DNA of 63,532 nucleotides, counting the filler, from Hyphochytrium catenoides (Eukaryota; Protista; Hyphochytriomycota), in NCBI GenBank assembly GCA_900088475.1. It is 10 parts of 10 records of this genome, joined end to end, with 100 filler letters (N's around TTAATTAATTAA, not from the genome) between each part and the next. Parts side by side here need not be neighbours in the genome. Positions count along the whole stretch, not along the records: positions 36,612 to 55,403 come from FLMG01003731.1; 9 more parts are not named here. The stretch is one strand, 5' to 3'. Numbering within the stretch: the first letter of the stretch is position 1; every line of letters begins with the position of its first letter. The notes under the pieces are model-generated. The model saw only the letters and a list, made by a program, of their open reading frames with translations. It had not been told where the DNA came from and searched no databases. Shown piece by piece: positions 39,582 through 49,801 of this stretch. Both the position numbers and the translations under genes were made by a program.

Positions 39582-40365
39582 AGTCTCTCTCTCCCTGGCT
39601 CTCACAGACTTCGCCCGATGCCCTGTCCTCTGGGTTGTGATGAGGTTGTTCTTCAGTATCTTCTTCCCCAGCACTCGCGTCTCTCCTGTCCCAACAAGCT
39701 CTCTCCNNNNNNNNNNNNNNNNNNNNNNNNNNNNNNNNNNNNNNNNNNNNNNNNNNNNNNNNNNNNNNNNNNNNNNNNNNNNNNNNNNNNNNNNNNNNNN
39801 NNNNNNNNNNNNNNNNNNNNNNNNNNNNNNNNNNNCAATGTGTTAAAAAGAGAGATACAAGGGTGAGAAGGGGATAGAGAGACAGAAAGAAGGTAAGAGA
39901 GAAAGAGAGAAACGAGGAAAAGAAGAGAGTGTCATACTGCGGGATGGAGAGAGAGAAAGAGGGATAAGAGAGCTCGAGAGGGAGAGGAAGAGAGAGAGAC
40001 ATGCGGAAGGGAAGAGATAGGAACAGTGCCGATGGATAAACAGGAGAGAAAACTGGGACGCGGCAGGTTGATATTGAGCTTGAAGAAAATCTATCGCATA
40101 TACTAAGATCTCTCTCTCCATCTCTCTCTCTCTCTCTCTTTCTCTCTCTCCTCTGCAGAAGGAGTATCATTTAGAGAACGAATGCCTAAGAAGGACAATT
40201 CCTTGTCGTCTGGGCTGCGCGGAGGGCTGTCTCCCTCTCCTTCGAGAGCAGCACGAGAGATTCTTCTGCAGCAAAACGAGAGAGAAAGAAGGAGAGACAG
40301 AGAAAAAGGAGGACGAAAGAGAGTCTGGCGAAGGGATGGGAGAGAGAGAGAACGGACAGGAGTAA
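36856..40365 (+). CDS. Ankyrin-repeat plus multiple TRAF-type zinc finger protein; 5' truncated
   Basis: Ankyrin: GTTPLIAATK|NGWKDICELLLSCGANPLQK|DSEGRTAFFYA. Repeated C-x3-C..H-x3/4-C-P-x-R units: CHYNC..HEEKVCPLR, CPLGC..HTERQCPKR, CSYGC, CPLGC..HSRLSCPNK and CRLGC..HERFFC. TAA at 40363-40365. Confidence 0.85.
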
Positions 40366-40449
40366 GAGAGAGAAGAGAGATTAAGTTTAATGCAACAGGC
40401 ACTCGCTTTGTTCTCTTTCTCTCTCTCTCTCTCTCTCTTCCCCTGCTAC

Positions 40450-42822
40450 CTAGTAACCAGCTTCAAAAGCCTCCCAGAAGTCTGCTGATTCCTCTCCTTC
40501 TCTCTCCCTTTTCAGCCGAGAGAGAGAGAGACTCTGTAGTGTCTTCTCCCTCTCCAGAGGAGGAAGAAAAGCCATTATCTCTGCCAATAAAGCTGTTTCT
40601 CTGTCTTTCTTCTCTTCCTCTGTTTGAACGCCAAAGTGCTCTGTCTCGCTTCCAATCCATAGATAATGAACCATCGCGTCCTCTTTCTCCCATTGGACAC
40701 TCAGGAGGGACAGAGAGGAAGAAAGTAAGTCATCTGCGTCGTAATCTTCTAAAGGCTCCCAGAAAGTCTCTCTCTCTCTCTCTTCTCCTACATCCTCCCT
40801 TTCTTCGCCATCTCTTTTTTCTACTACTTTCTGGAGCAGTCGAAGAGAGACCGGAGTCCTTTTCTGGTCAGGTCTCTCTCCCTCTCTCTCGCTTTTCTCT
40901 CTTGAAAGAGAGGTGTCTAGAGGAAGGGAACACTGTGTTTCTCTCTCTTTCCCTCTCCGCGTCATAAGAGGAGGAGGAGGAGGCTGCAGGAAAGACGCAG
41001 TGTCTTTCCCTTGACTTTCTCTTCTTTCTCTTTCCCTGACTTCTAACTCAGAGAAATTGAACCTCTTCTGGAAGAGAGCCCACTGTGGAGCTCCAGGAGA
41101 GAGAAGAAAGATAATTGTCCCTCTCTCTTTCTCTTCTCTTGGTCTCTCTGTCTCTCCTGAAAGAACCTTGTTCAGGTCATTGGCTGCTTTGAGAGCTAAA
41201 AGACTCTCTTCTCTCTCTCTTCTTCCTCTGTCTGTCTCTTCTTCGCCCTCTCTCTCTCTCGGTGCCATGGGAAGAACAAAGATCTCTCTCTCATTGGTAA
41301 GAAAGATGAGAGTTCTCTTTCTTCTCTCGATCACCCTTTCAGGAAGAAGAGGAGAGCGATCAAGAGGATCTCTCTCCATCTTCACAGCTGGATAACCTTG
41401 CAAATCTATGAGAGAGAAAGAGTAACCCGGAAGCGGGGGAGGAGAGAGAAGAAGTCTCTCCCACTCCAGCAATTGCCCAATAAACCCCGCGTTAGGGTTG
41501 CACACATCTCTCTCTCTCTTCACGAGAGAGAAAGACTCGTTGTACCCTTTCCCTGTCTTCCACATAATATAGGCGATGGCCATCGTGCAAGAGCGAGAGA
41601 TTCCTTGGTGACAATGGATAAGAATCCGAGAGAGAGAGAGAGAGAGAAGAGTCTCTTCTATGAAGAGAACAACTCTAGGAAAATAGGCAGAGATCTCTTC
41701 TTGCGGGCTATCCAGGAGAGGGAGAGAGAGATAAGAGAGATGAGGAAAGACAGGTGTGGAGAGAGAGGGAGCACAGTTGATAACATGCGTGATCTTCTCT
41801 CTCTCCAAGAGAGAGAGATTTCCTGCAACGGCTGCGGAAGAGACAAAGAGACGAGGGAAGACTTGGCTGGCCTGCAGACGACAATGAGCCATTTTCTTTG
41901 TCTTTATCTCTGACTCTCGGAGAGAGAACGAAACAGGAGGAGAGTCCGGAGAAGAGAGAGAAAGAGAGGAAGGAGGAAGAGGGAGAGACGCAGAGAGAGA
42001 GGAATCACTGTCTTTCTTTGTGCTTTCTCTTTCTAGTTCTCCCTCTCCATTTCTTGAATGAGAGAGATCGATCTTGAGATTCGGCTTTGTCTTTATTCCC
42101 AGCTGTCTCGTAGGAAGAGAGAGAGACGGTGGAGAGAGAGAAGGAGGAGGAAGAGCGAGAGAAGAGGAAGGAGAGAAGGAGAGAGAAACTGAAGAAGGAG
42201 AGAGGGTTGAGCCAGGGAAAACAGGTCTACTCTCTCTCTCCTCCCTCAGGATTGTTGGTGGCGAGGAAAGCGCTGTGGAATCCCCAGAGGAAAGAGAGAG
42301 AGAAGAGAGAGAGAGGCTTGTCAGTTTCTCTCTCTCTTGATTGCTTGGGGGTGGAGAGAGAGAGACAGTGGAGCCATTTCCATGTAGAGTCAGAGGAACC
42401 TCGGTCGGGACGGAAAGAAAAGTGGCATCAGAGAGAGGAGGCTGATCTGTAGAAGGAGAGAGAGCTGACGCCATACTAGAAAGAGAGGAGAGAGACCTCT
42501 CTCTCTCTGCTGTAGAAGGAGGAGGGAGAGGTTGTGGTGGTCGAGGGAGAGAGAGAAACGGAGAGAGAGATGGAGCCGGTGGCAGTGACTCTTCTCTAGT
42601 GCACAGAGAGAGAGAGAGATTAAAGGCCACTTTCTCTCTCTCTTCCCTTCTTGGTGCCAGGCATTGAGAGTCTTCGTCTTTCGAACGAGGAGAGAAAGAA
42701 GGAGAGAGAGAAGAATGAGCGATTATGGGAGAAGAAACCAGAGTGGGAGCCAAGGTACAAAGAGACTTTGTTCCTAAGGCAAAATTGAGCTTTGGCACCG
42801 GCTTTCCTCTTTGTTCATTCAT
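40450..42822 (-). CDS. Dual-specificity protein phosphatase, MKP1-like, with a gelsolin-like C-terminal region; intronless, 790 aa
   Basis: DSP motifs ITHVINC, LLDSPQEEI, ILIHCHQGISRSCTMAIAYIM (HCx5R) and R..CNPNAGFIGQLLEWE. C-terminal YDADDL..YLWIGSE..EGEESADFWEAF. Confidence 0.92.
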   Translation of the reverse strand: MNEQRGKPVPKLNFALGTKSLCTLAPTLVSSPIIAHSSLSPSFSPRSKDEDSQCLAPRREEREKVAFNLSLSLCTREESLPPAPSLSPFLSLPRPPQPLPPPSTAERERSLSSLSSMASALSPSTDQPPLSDATFLSVPTEVPLTLHGNGSTVSLSPPPSNQEREKLTSLSLSSLSLSSGDSTALSSPPTILREERESRPVFPGSTLSPSSVSLSFSPSSSLALPPPSLSPPSLSLPTRQLGIKTKPNLKIDLSHSRNGEGELERESTKKDSDSSLSASLPLPPSSLSLSSPDSPPVSFSLRESEIKTKKMAHCRLQASQVFPRLFVSSAAVAGNLSLLEREKITHVINCAPSLSTPVFPHLSYLSLPLLDSPQEEISAYFPRVVLFIEETLLSLSLSRILIHCHQGISRSCTMAIAYIMWKTGKGYNESFSLVKRERDVCNPNAGFIGQLLEWERLLLSPPPLPGYSFSLIDLQGYPAVKMERDPLDRSPLLPERVIERRKRTLIFLTNEREIFVLPMAPREREGEEETDRGRREREESLLALKAANDLNKVLSGETERPREEKERGTIIFLLSPGAPQWALFQKRFNFSELEVRERERRESQGKDTASFLQPPPPPLMTRRGKERETQCSLPLDTSLSREKSEREGERPDQKRTPVSLRLLQKVVEKRDGEEREDVGEERERETFWEPLEDYDADDLLSSSLSLLSVQWEKEDAMVHYLWIGSETEHFGVQTEEEKKDRETALLAEIMAFLPPLEREKTLQSLSLSRLKREREGEESADFWEAFEAGY

Positions 42823-43975
42823 TGTGAGAGACAGGGAACGCGCCTAGTGAGCGGAGAAAGAGAGAGAGAGGGAGAGAAAGAGAGACAAACAGATGTCGAC
42901 AGCCGAGAAGGAAGAGGGAAAAGAGACAGAAGGATGAAGGCCGACGAAAGGAAATGAGAGAGAGAGAGAGAGAGAGAGAAAGAATGTACTTCTTCTCACT
43001 TTAGAGTTGCTCTGAAACCTCTAAAAGTCTCTCGTGGAGGACAAGGAACATTGAAGCGCCTCCACAGAGAAGAAGAAAGAGGTAGCCGCGTAGCAATGCC
43101 TAAGTTTGAATAGAGAGAGAAAGAGAGAGTGAGAAAGAAAGAGAGAAAGAACAAGGAGGAAACAGAAAGAGAGAGAAAGGGAGAGGTGTATGTGAAGATT
43201 TATCGCTGCTGAAGAGATAGGAAGTGCCGCCACTGGAGGTGAGGGATACTAGGACCACGGGGAGAGAGAGTGAAAATGGGGCGGGCAAGGTCCCAAAAGG
43301 AAGACAGTCAAAGCAAAAGGATGGAGGCACCCCTTAGGGTTAGAGAGAGAAAGAAAAAGAGAGAAGAGAAAGAACGAAAGGAAGAGAAAGAGAGGAAGAG
43401 GGAGAGAGAGAGACAGAGAGAGAGAGACAGAGAGAGAGAGAGAAAGAGAGGGAAAGAGAGAGACGGAGAGAGAAAGAGAGAGAGAGAGGAGAGCCAAAAT
43501 GAAAACAAGCTGCGGGAAGAAAGAGCAGGAAGAGGAGAGAGAAGCAGACCCAACTTGTGACAGCAAGATAGCAGAGGGGAGAGAGAGGGAGCGGCGAGGA
43601 GAGAGGGAGAGACAGAAAGAGAAAGAAGAGAGACAAAAAGAGACCGAAAGGAAAGACAGCCTGTCCGTTACTACTAGGGCCGCTAACGGACATCACTCCA
43701 CTGATCATTAGCAGCAAACTCCCTCTAACAACTACACAACAGTCTAGGAGGCCGCTAACGCCTAAGATAGGTCTGCGTGGTTCATTGACTGTCCTACAGC
43801 ATGCTCCTCCACAGGAACTGTACGAGTAGGGGTCTGTGTCGGCAGAGAAACACGGAGAAGAGAGAGATAGAGAGAGAGAAAGAGAGAGAGAGAAAGAGAG
43901 AAAAAGAGTGAGAGAGAGACAAAGAGTGAGAGAGAAAGAGAGAGAGGAAGAGAGAGAGAGAGAGAGAGAGAGAGG

Positions 43976-44009
<34 letters not shown>

Positions 44010-44715
44010 GAGAGAGGGAGAGAGAGGGAGAGAGGCGCAGAGAGAGAGAGAGAGAGAGAGCAAAAGAGAGCGAGCGAGATACAGGAAATGACTATGGTTG
44101 GCCTGTGCGACATCGGTTTCTATGAGCTTGGCGACAGATAAGATGTAGCTAGGCCACTGATAGGCGATGACTTGCTTCCGGGCTATGAGTGAAGGTTGAA
44201 AGAGCAATGGGTCAAGAACTGAAAAGAGATGTAGCGCAGAAAGGGACAAATGTTGGCCTTGCTCGTGGATGAAGATGGCACTTCGAGAGAGAGAGAGACC
44301 CAATCGCCTTCAGAGCTTGGGCAGTATGGAGCCTCGGAGAGACAGCTCTAGAATCTATGCCATAAAGGAATCGCGTTGAGTTGACTGGTTCCTTGTGACA
44401 TCATCAAAAGAAAGAGATCCGGACATATTCCTCACGAATAATGCAGCTGCAATGACAACTAATCTGATAGGGAAGAGAGTAGAGAAGAAATGATACTTTG
44501 AGTGCTTATATAGAGGCATCTCATCTACATAGTAAGCAAGATAATCAAATGTATTATCTAATAGGAGAAAAGCGCACGATCTAGAGAGAGAGAGCGAAGA
44601 GAGACGAGTGGCTTCCTCAGCCCCTCTTCTCTTTCACCGTCTCCCTCTGTCTCGCACAAGACTACCGCTCCCTCCGCGTTATATAACCCCAGGCTCTCCT
44701 GCTTCTTAACTATAT

Positions 44716-45723
44716 TTACCACTTGTTAGCCGTGCGCCAGTCTACATACAGATCCTTGAGCTTGTCGAAACCAGAGAGCACACCAGCACCAGCAACACCA
44801 CGAAGGATGTTAGCGCCAGCGCCTCTGAAGAGAGAAGCAACACCCTCGCTCTTGACAATCTGCATACCGCAGTCAAGAGAGTTCTTGTACTTGACAGCCT
44901 CTCCGGAGGTCATCATCATACGACGACGGATGGTGTCAAGAGGGTAAGAGAGGATACCAGCGGTGATAGTAACAGCCCATCCAAGAAGGAAAGAAGCAGC
45001 GAAAGAGTCCTTGACAGCGCCAACGAGAACGACAGGCTTGAGAGAGTCATAGAAACCAAAGTAGCATCCACGGTAGACGATGATACCAGCGCAAGATACG
45101 ACGAAACCTCTGTAGAGACCGACAGGGCCATCAGCCTTGACAGTCTTAGCAAGACAGTCATAGAGACCGTTGAACTGGCGCTCACCGCCCTTCTTTCCTG
45201 CTACCTTAGCATCAGAAGCAAGACGGGTACGAGCGTAGTCCAGAGGGTAGACAAAGCAGAGAGAGAGAGCGCCAGCAACACCACCAGAAGCCATGTTAGC
45301 AAGGAACCACTTGGTGTAGCCATCCCTCTCCTTCTTGTAGTTGAACATAAGCTTAAGCTTCTCCTTGAAGGCAAGGTTCAGAGCCTGGGTAGGGAAGTAA
45401 CGGAGCACATTGGCCATGTTACCACGCCACAGGGAGCCAATGCCCTCATCAGCGACAGTGCGGCCGAAGCAGTCAATGACGCCCTTGTAAGGGGTAGCCA
45501 GACGGCCGGTCTTGAGCATCTCTCCCTGGTTCTGAAGAAGGAGCTTGACGCGCTCAATAGGAGCAGCAGCGGTCTTAGAGATACCAGCGGAGACACCACC
45601 GAGGAGGAAGTCCTCGTAGAAACCCAGCTTGGGTCTCTTAGGTGCAGGAGCTGCAGGAGCAGCAGGCTTAGCTGCCTCATTGGCAGAAAGCATGTAGAAG
45701 GAGGTGTATGGCCGTGCGCTCAT
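44716..45723 (-). CDS. AAC: Mitochondrial ADP/ATP carrier, intronless, 335 aa
   Basis: Motifs [50 protein letters not shown] and the signature RRRMMM. ATG at 45723. Confidence 0.98.
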   Translation of the reverse strand: MSARPYTSFYMLSANEAAKPAAPAAPAPKRPKLGFYEDFLLGGVSAGISKTAAAPIERVKLLLQNQGEMLKTGRLATPYKGVIDCFGRTVADEGIGSLWRGNMANVLRYFPTQALNLAFKEKLKLMFNYKKERDGYTKWFLANMASGGVAGALSLCFVYPLDYARTRLASDAKVAGKKGGERQFNGLYDCLAKTVKADGPVGLYRGFVVSCAGIIVYRGCYFGFYDSLKPVVLVGAVKDSFAASFLLGWAVTITAGILSYPLDTIRRRMMMTSGEAVKYKNSLDCGMQIVKSEGVASLFRGAGANILRGVAGAGVLSGFDKLKDLYVDWRTANKW

Positions 45724-48700
45724 GGTTCCTAATGTGTAAAATGTATGGAGAAGAGAAGACTGCTGGAGATCAGCGCTGCTCCTGGTGGTGAGGACCTGGT
45801 ATCTATGGATCTGACCAGTTTGATCGACGGGGCGGCGGCGCTGGCGTGTGTTTGGAGGCTGTTTGTGGCGTTGAGTGGCGGAGCTTTTTCTCCAAAGGTG
45901 TGGAAAGGTGACGAGGAAGAGAGAGACAAGTGAGACAGAGTGAGAGAGAGGCAGCTGGATAGAAGAGAGAGAGCTAAGCNNNNNNNNNNNNNNNNNNNNN
46001 NNNNNNNNNNNNNNNNNNNNNNNNNNNNNNNNNNNNNNNNNNNNNNNNNNNNGACTTTTGTTGATATCCATCAAAAAACCAAACCCACCATCTCTGGGTA
46101 CTATAGTGAGTTTGCAAAGCTTAGTATAATTACCAACATACTCTCAAACTCACTATCGATGAAAGGAGCGATTTAGCTTGAGTGGGTGGTTCAGATTGCC
46201 TAACAGTATGTAAAACGTTGCATATCCGGTGTGGATTCAGGTTAAGTCAAGTACTTATCGCCAATTACAATTAGAGGATTGCTATTATTCTGAATATCTG
46301 AGTAGATGAATCTGGCTCTAGTCGTCACACTTGCTGCTGATAATAAAAGGACCATCTCCACCTGTCAGCGGTAAAGGTGAGAGTCTCCGAACGGAACTTT
46401 TGAGCGGGAGACAGACTCATGAAGAGATATAGCATGTCCCAGCCCTAGTCACAAGCCAGAGGAAATCAGTATAGTGCTGAGTTTGAGACAGTGCTGGGCA
46501 TAGCTTGGGAGAACACCTACCCCGACATAGGTAAGAGATACTCCCTTCATGAAGACAGAGTTTTTCAAGAGTCGTTGAGCATGACACTTTTACTGCGAGA
46601 AAGAGTGAAGAGTGAGACAGGAGACAAAGAGACAGAGAGGACTATGTTCATCAGGCTCTGCACAGTCAGTCCAGGTGCCCAAACCTCGTCTCAACCCCAT
46701 ATCGCACTGGCTTGTAATGTGCGGGTGTGAGGGCGGCCAACCCCTAAGATAAACACAGGGAATTCCGCGCTTCCTTCCCCACCAGTCGTTTACCGCAATA
46801 ACGGCGATGATAACACCGAACAGCCATTTCCTGGTATCCAGAAGACTAATATAGTGTCGGTACTGTAGCTAAATGCCTTATAGTGGCGTTGTTAAAATAG
46901 ACTAATGCGCTTCTCTTGTACTGCTTGTGAAGCGCTATTATTGGGCGTTATAAGGGATAAGTGAGGATTAGAATGACATCTTACTATGCTCAACAGAAAG
47001 GTTTCGTTTGAATCATTTCCCTCTTGGGTTTTAAGCAAATTGATGGTAATAAAGGCTCGAAGAGACAAAAGATTCATGGAAGCATTGAAGGTTTCATGTG
47101 GAATAAATCCGTTGAACATCAACTTTTCCTTGGTCCTGACGGTTTTCCCTCCCACTCAGAACCTAATAATACGCCGAAAAGGCTTCCATAAGAGTAAAGA
47201 GGGGTTTGAATCGTCCTAATCGTCAACCGCCGCCTAAATCTGCAGTTATTGAAGCAAAGGTTATCGATATAAAAGATTTTTCAGTAGCCCATCATCCCAA
47301 TACAGTACAAAGCCAAAGCCAAAGTCCCATTGAAAAGCAGCAGCCCATCAAACTTCTTCCTCCCTCCTCCTCCTCCTCCTCCCATCTAGCCTATCTACTT
47401 GCGTTCGACTCAAGGAAGACACGAGGCCATCAGAGTAGTAGTTCGTCATCATCATCAGCAGTCATCATCAGCTCCAACAGCAGCAACAGTGCAAGCAGCA
47501 CACCCCATTCTATCTCTTCTCTACTCTTCTTCTTTCTCTTACATTTCTCTCAAGTCTCCTGTCTCCATCCTCCTCTCTACTAGGAGTAGATGATGGTAGT
47601 TTACTACTACGTTGTCGAAGGAAGAGGATGACCAAAGGATGAAGAAGAAGACGTGGAACTGAATTCTCTATAAAATAAGAGTAGGAAGTGGTCAACCTAA
47701 CAACCTAACGATGGGCGGTCTGAAGTCCGTCAGTTGTTAGCAAATGAACTTTCGGTCTTTGGCCGCCTTTTAGAGAACATTAAATTAGACAGAGCGGCCA
47801 TAACGAGGACAAATCGGCCATTATAGGTGGTAATAAGGCACCTCCTAGTAGTAGTAGGTCTCCCTAGTATTAGCGCGTGGCTGCTGGCGTTCAAGATAAG
47901 ATAGATAAGAGTTGATGATGACCAATCAGTCTCTTGGTCTTACTCAGGGGTGACTTTGTGGGATGTTGTGGTGCGAGTCATCACCGGCTGCCCAGTGATG
48001 GTTCTTCTTGCGCCGCCGCCTGCGCCGTTCTTATTTAGTAATTATCATCACGTGCAGGCCATGCAGCTGCTGATGAGAAAGAGTCACAGTTGCTTTCTGT
48101 CACAGCAACAGCAGTGTTCAGGAACTCATCAAAGCAGCCCGCGACTCTGTTGAAAAGAAGATTTACGTCGTTCATAGTGGCTGTGACTCGCTCTTGCTGA
48201 GGTAATTTTATGTGATAATACCCAGGAGCTGGTCTTGGTGGCTGGCCGGAGGGCCAAGGAGAGGCTTAGTGGCTGCTAGAAGAAGGTGGCCGTGCCTGAG
48301 CAGCCGTACTCGGCTGTTCTTAACAGCAGCGACCACCAAGAGAAGATCAACTTTTATGTTGATAGCATGGCGGGCTAGAAAATAAAGAAAAAACCACGAC
48401 GTGATGTACCACCACGCAATACTACTAGGCTAGTTACCCCTTGAAGAAGAGAAGTGAGAGACTAAGAGACGGAATGACCCTGTATACTTTGAAGACATCC
48501 ATGTTGTTCCACTATGATGAAAAGTTTTACCACCACCACAAACATCGGTGATCACCACCACAAAACATCGCACATTAGTATGTAAGACGCTTTCTTCTAT
48601 GTTGAAGTTTCTTGCTGCTCTCTCGCTCATGATTCCTTTCGCCCCGACTTGGTATAATAGTGTGTTCCAGCAGGCATTAGAAGAAGAGGAAAGGAGCGGA

Positions 48701-49801
48701 AAACAAAAGACCGGAGAAGAGAAGATTCATATACTAGGTGTAGGCGCCTCAACCACTGCCTGGATGCCTTTTCCTAGGCCTCAATAGTTCTAGGTGGAGA
48801 GGAGTCAAAGACAGCAGAGTGTCCACCAATCCATGGCAGGGTGTCAACTTGAAAACGTAAACTGGAGCCAACAAGAGTGTTGCTACACCACTTACTAGGG
48901 GGAACTATTGTCATTTCTGTGCCCTACTACGTACCTCCTCTTCCTTGTTGATGATTGCAAGGATGATTGATGCACGCAGGATCAGAAGAAGAAGAAGGAG
49001 AATGCCACGCAGAGACAGTCTCGCCTCTCTTTATCTACTTGTTCTTCTGCTATGATCAGCGCTTAACTCTTGTTGAGGAGGAGGTTCTTCGATCAGAAAA
49101 CCGCTCGTGCGTCTCCTCGCTCCTTCTCCTTCCTCCTGCTCCTCGCGTTGGCTGGCCAAGATCGTCGCCTGCTCTTCTTCTAGAACTACTAGTCTTCTTC
49201 CTCCCTCCCTTCTTCTTTCTTCTTCTCTTCTTCATCATCAAATGCTAGATCTTCCCTCCTTCATCAGATAATAATAATAGAAAAGAAGGGAAGAAGAAGA
49301 AGATGTGACACAAAAAATTTCTCCCTCACACCTGATTACTGCAAAGGTTACATATAGGATAATCATTGGGCTCCAGTTTCGTCCTCTTTGGCTGTTGATT
49401 ATCAAATAGATGTGTCCAATTATTTGATCGCTTACATGGTAATCAGAAGGTATTAGGTATTGATTCTTTCTTGAACTGATATTGCGTGCTCCGCCAACAC
49501 TTTTGTCTCTCTTCCTCCTCAGATTTTATTCTGAAGCTTTCAGATTGAGACTTCTTCTTGGCTTCTGGCATTGAGCTATTGAGCTCTTGCCTCTCTCCCA
49601 TCGCGTCTGCGCTTCTGGAGGACTAAGGGCCGTCCTCTGCTCACTTGGTTTCCTGTGGGACGCGTTCGCGCATGGCTCTTGTGCAGCTACGGCGTTAAGT
49701 AAGTCTACTGGGATCATCTTTAACTCAAGGTTGAGGGACAAGAACTGGACAGTGTTTCTTCTTCTTTTTTGAGCTTTTCGATAGGGATCGTGAGACCGGC
49801 G

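Noticed and set aside
43020-44430. Protein-coding gene between the phosphatase and the ADP/ATP carrier
   Set aside because: No coherent spliced frame or recognisable motif; it may be UTR or intron sequence.
45724-46074. N-terminal part of the 452-aa ORF as part of the ADP/ATP carrier
   Set aside because: It spans an N gap and a CT tract and has a non-ATG start. It is more likely 5'UTR or intron.
46861-47286. TACTG...CAGTA as TIRs of a MITE
   Set aside because: Complementarity does not extend beyond about 5 bp.
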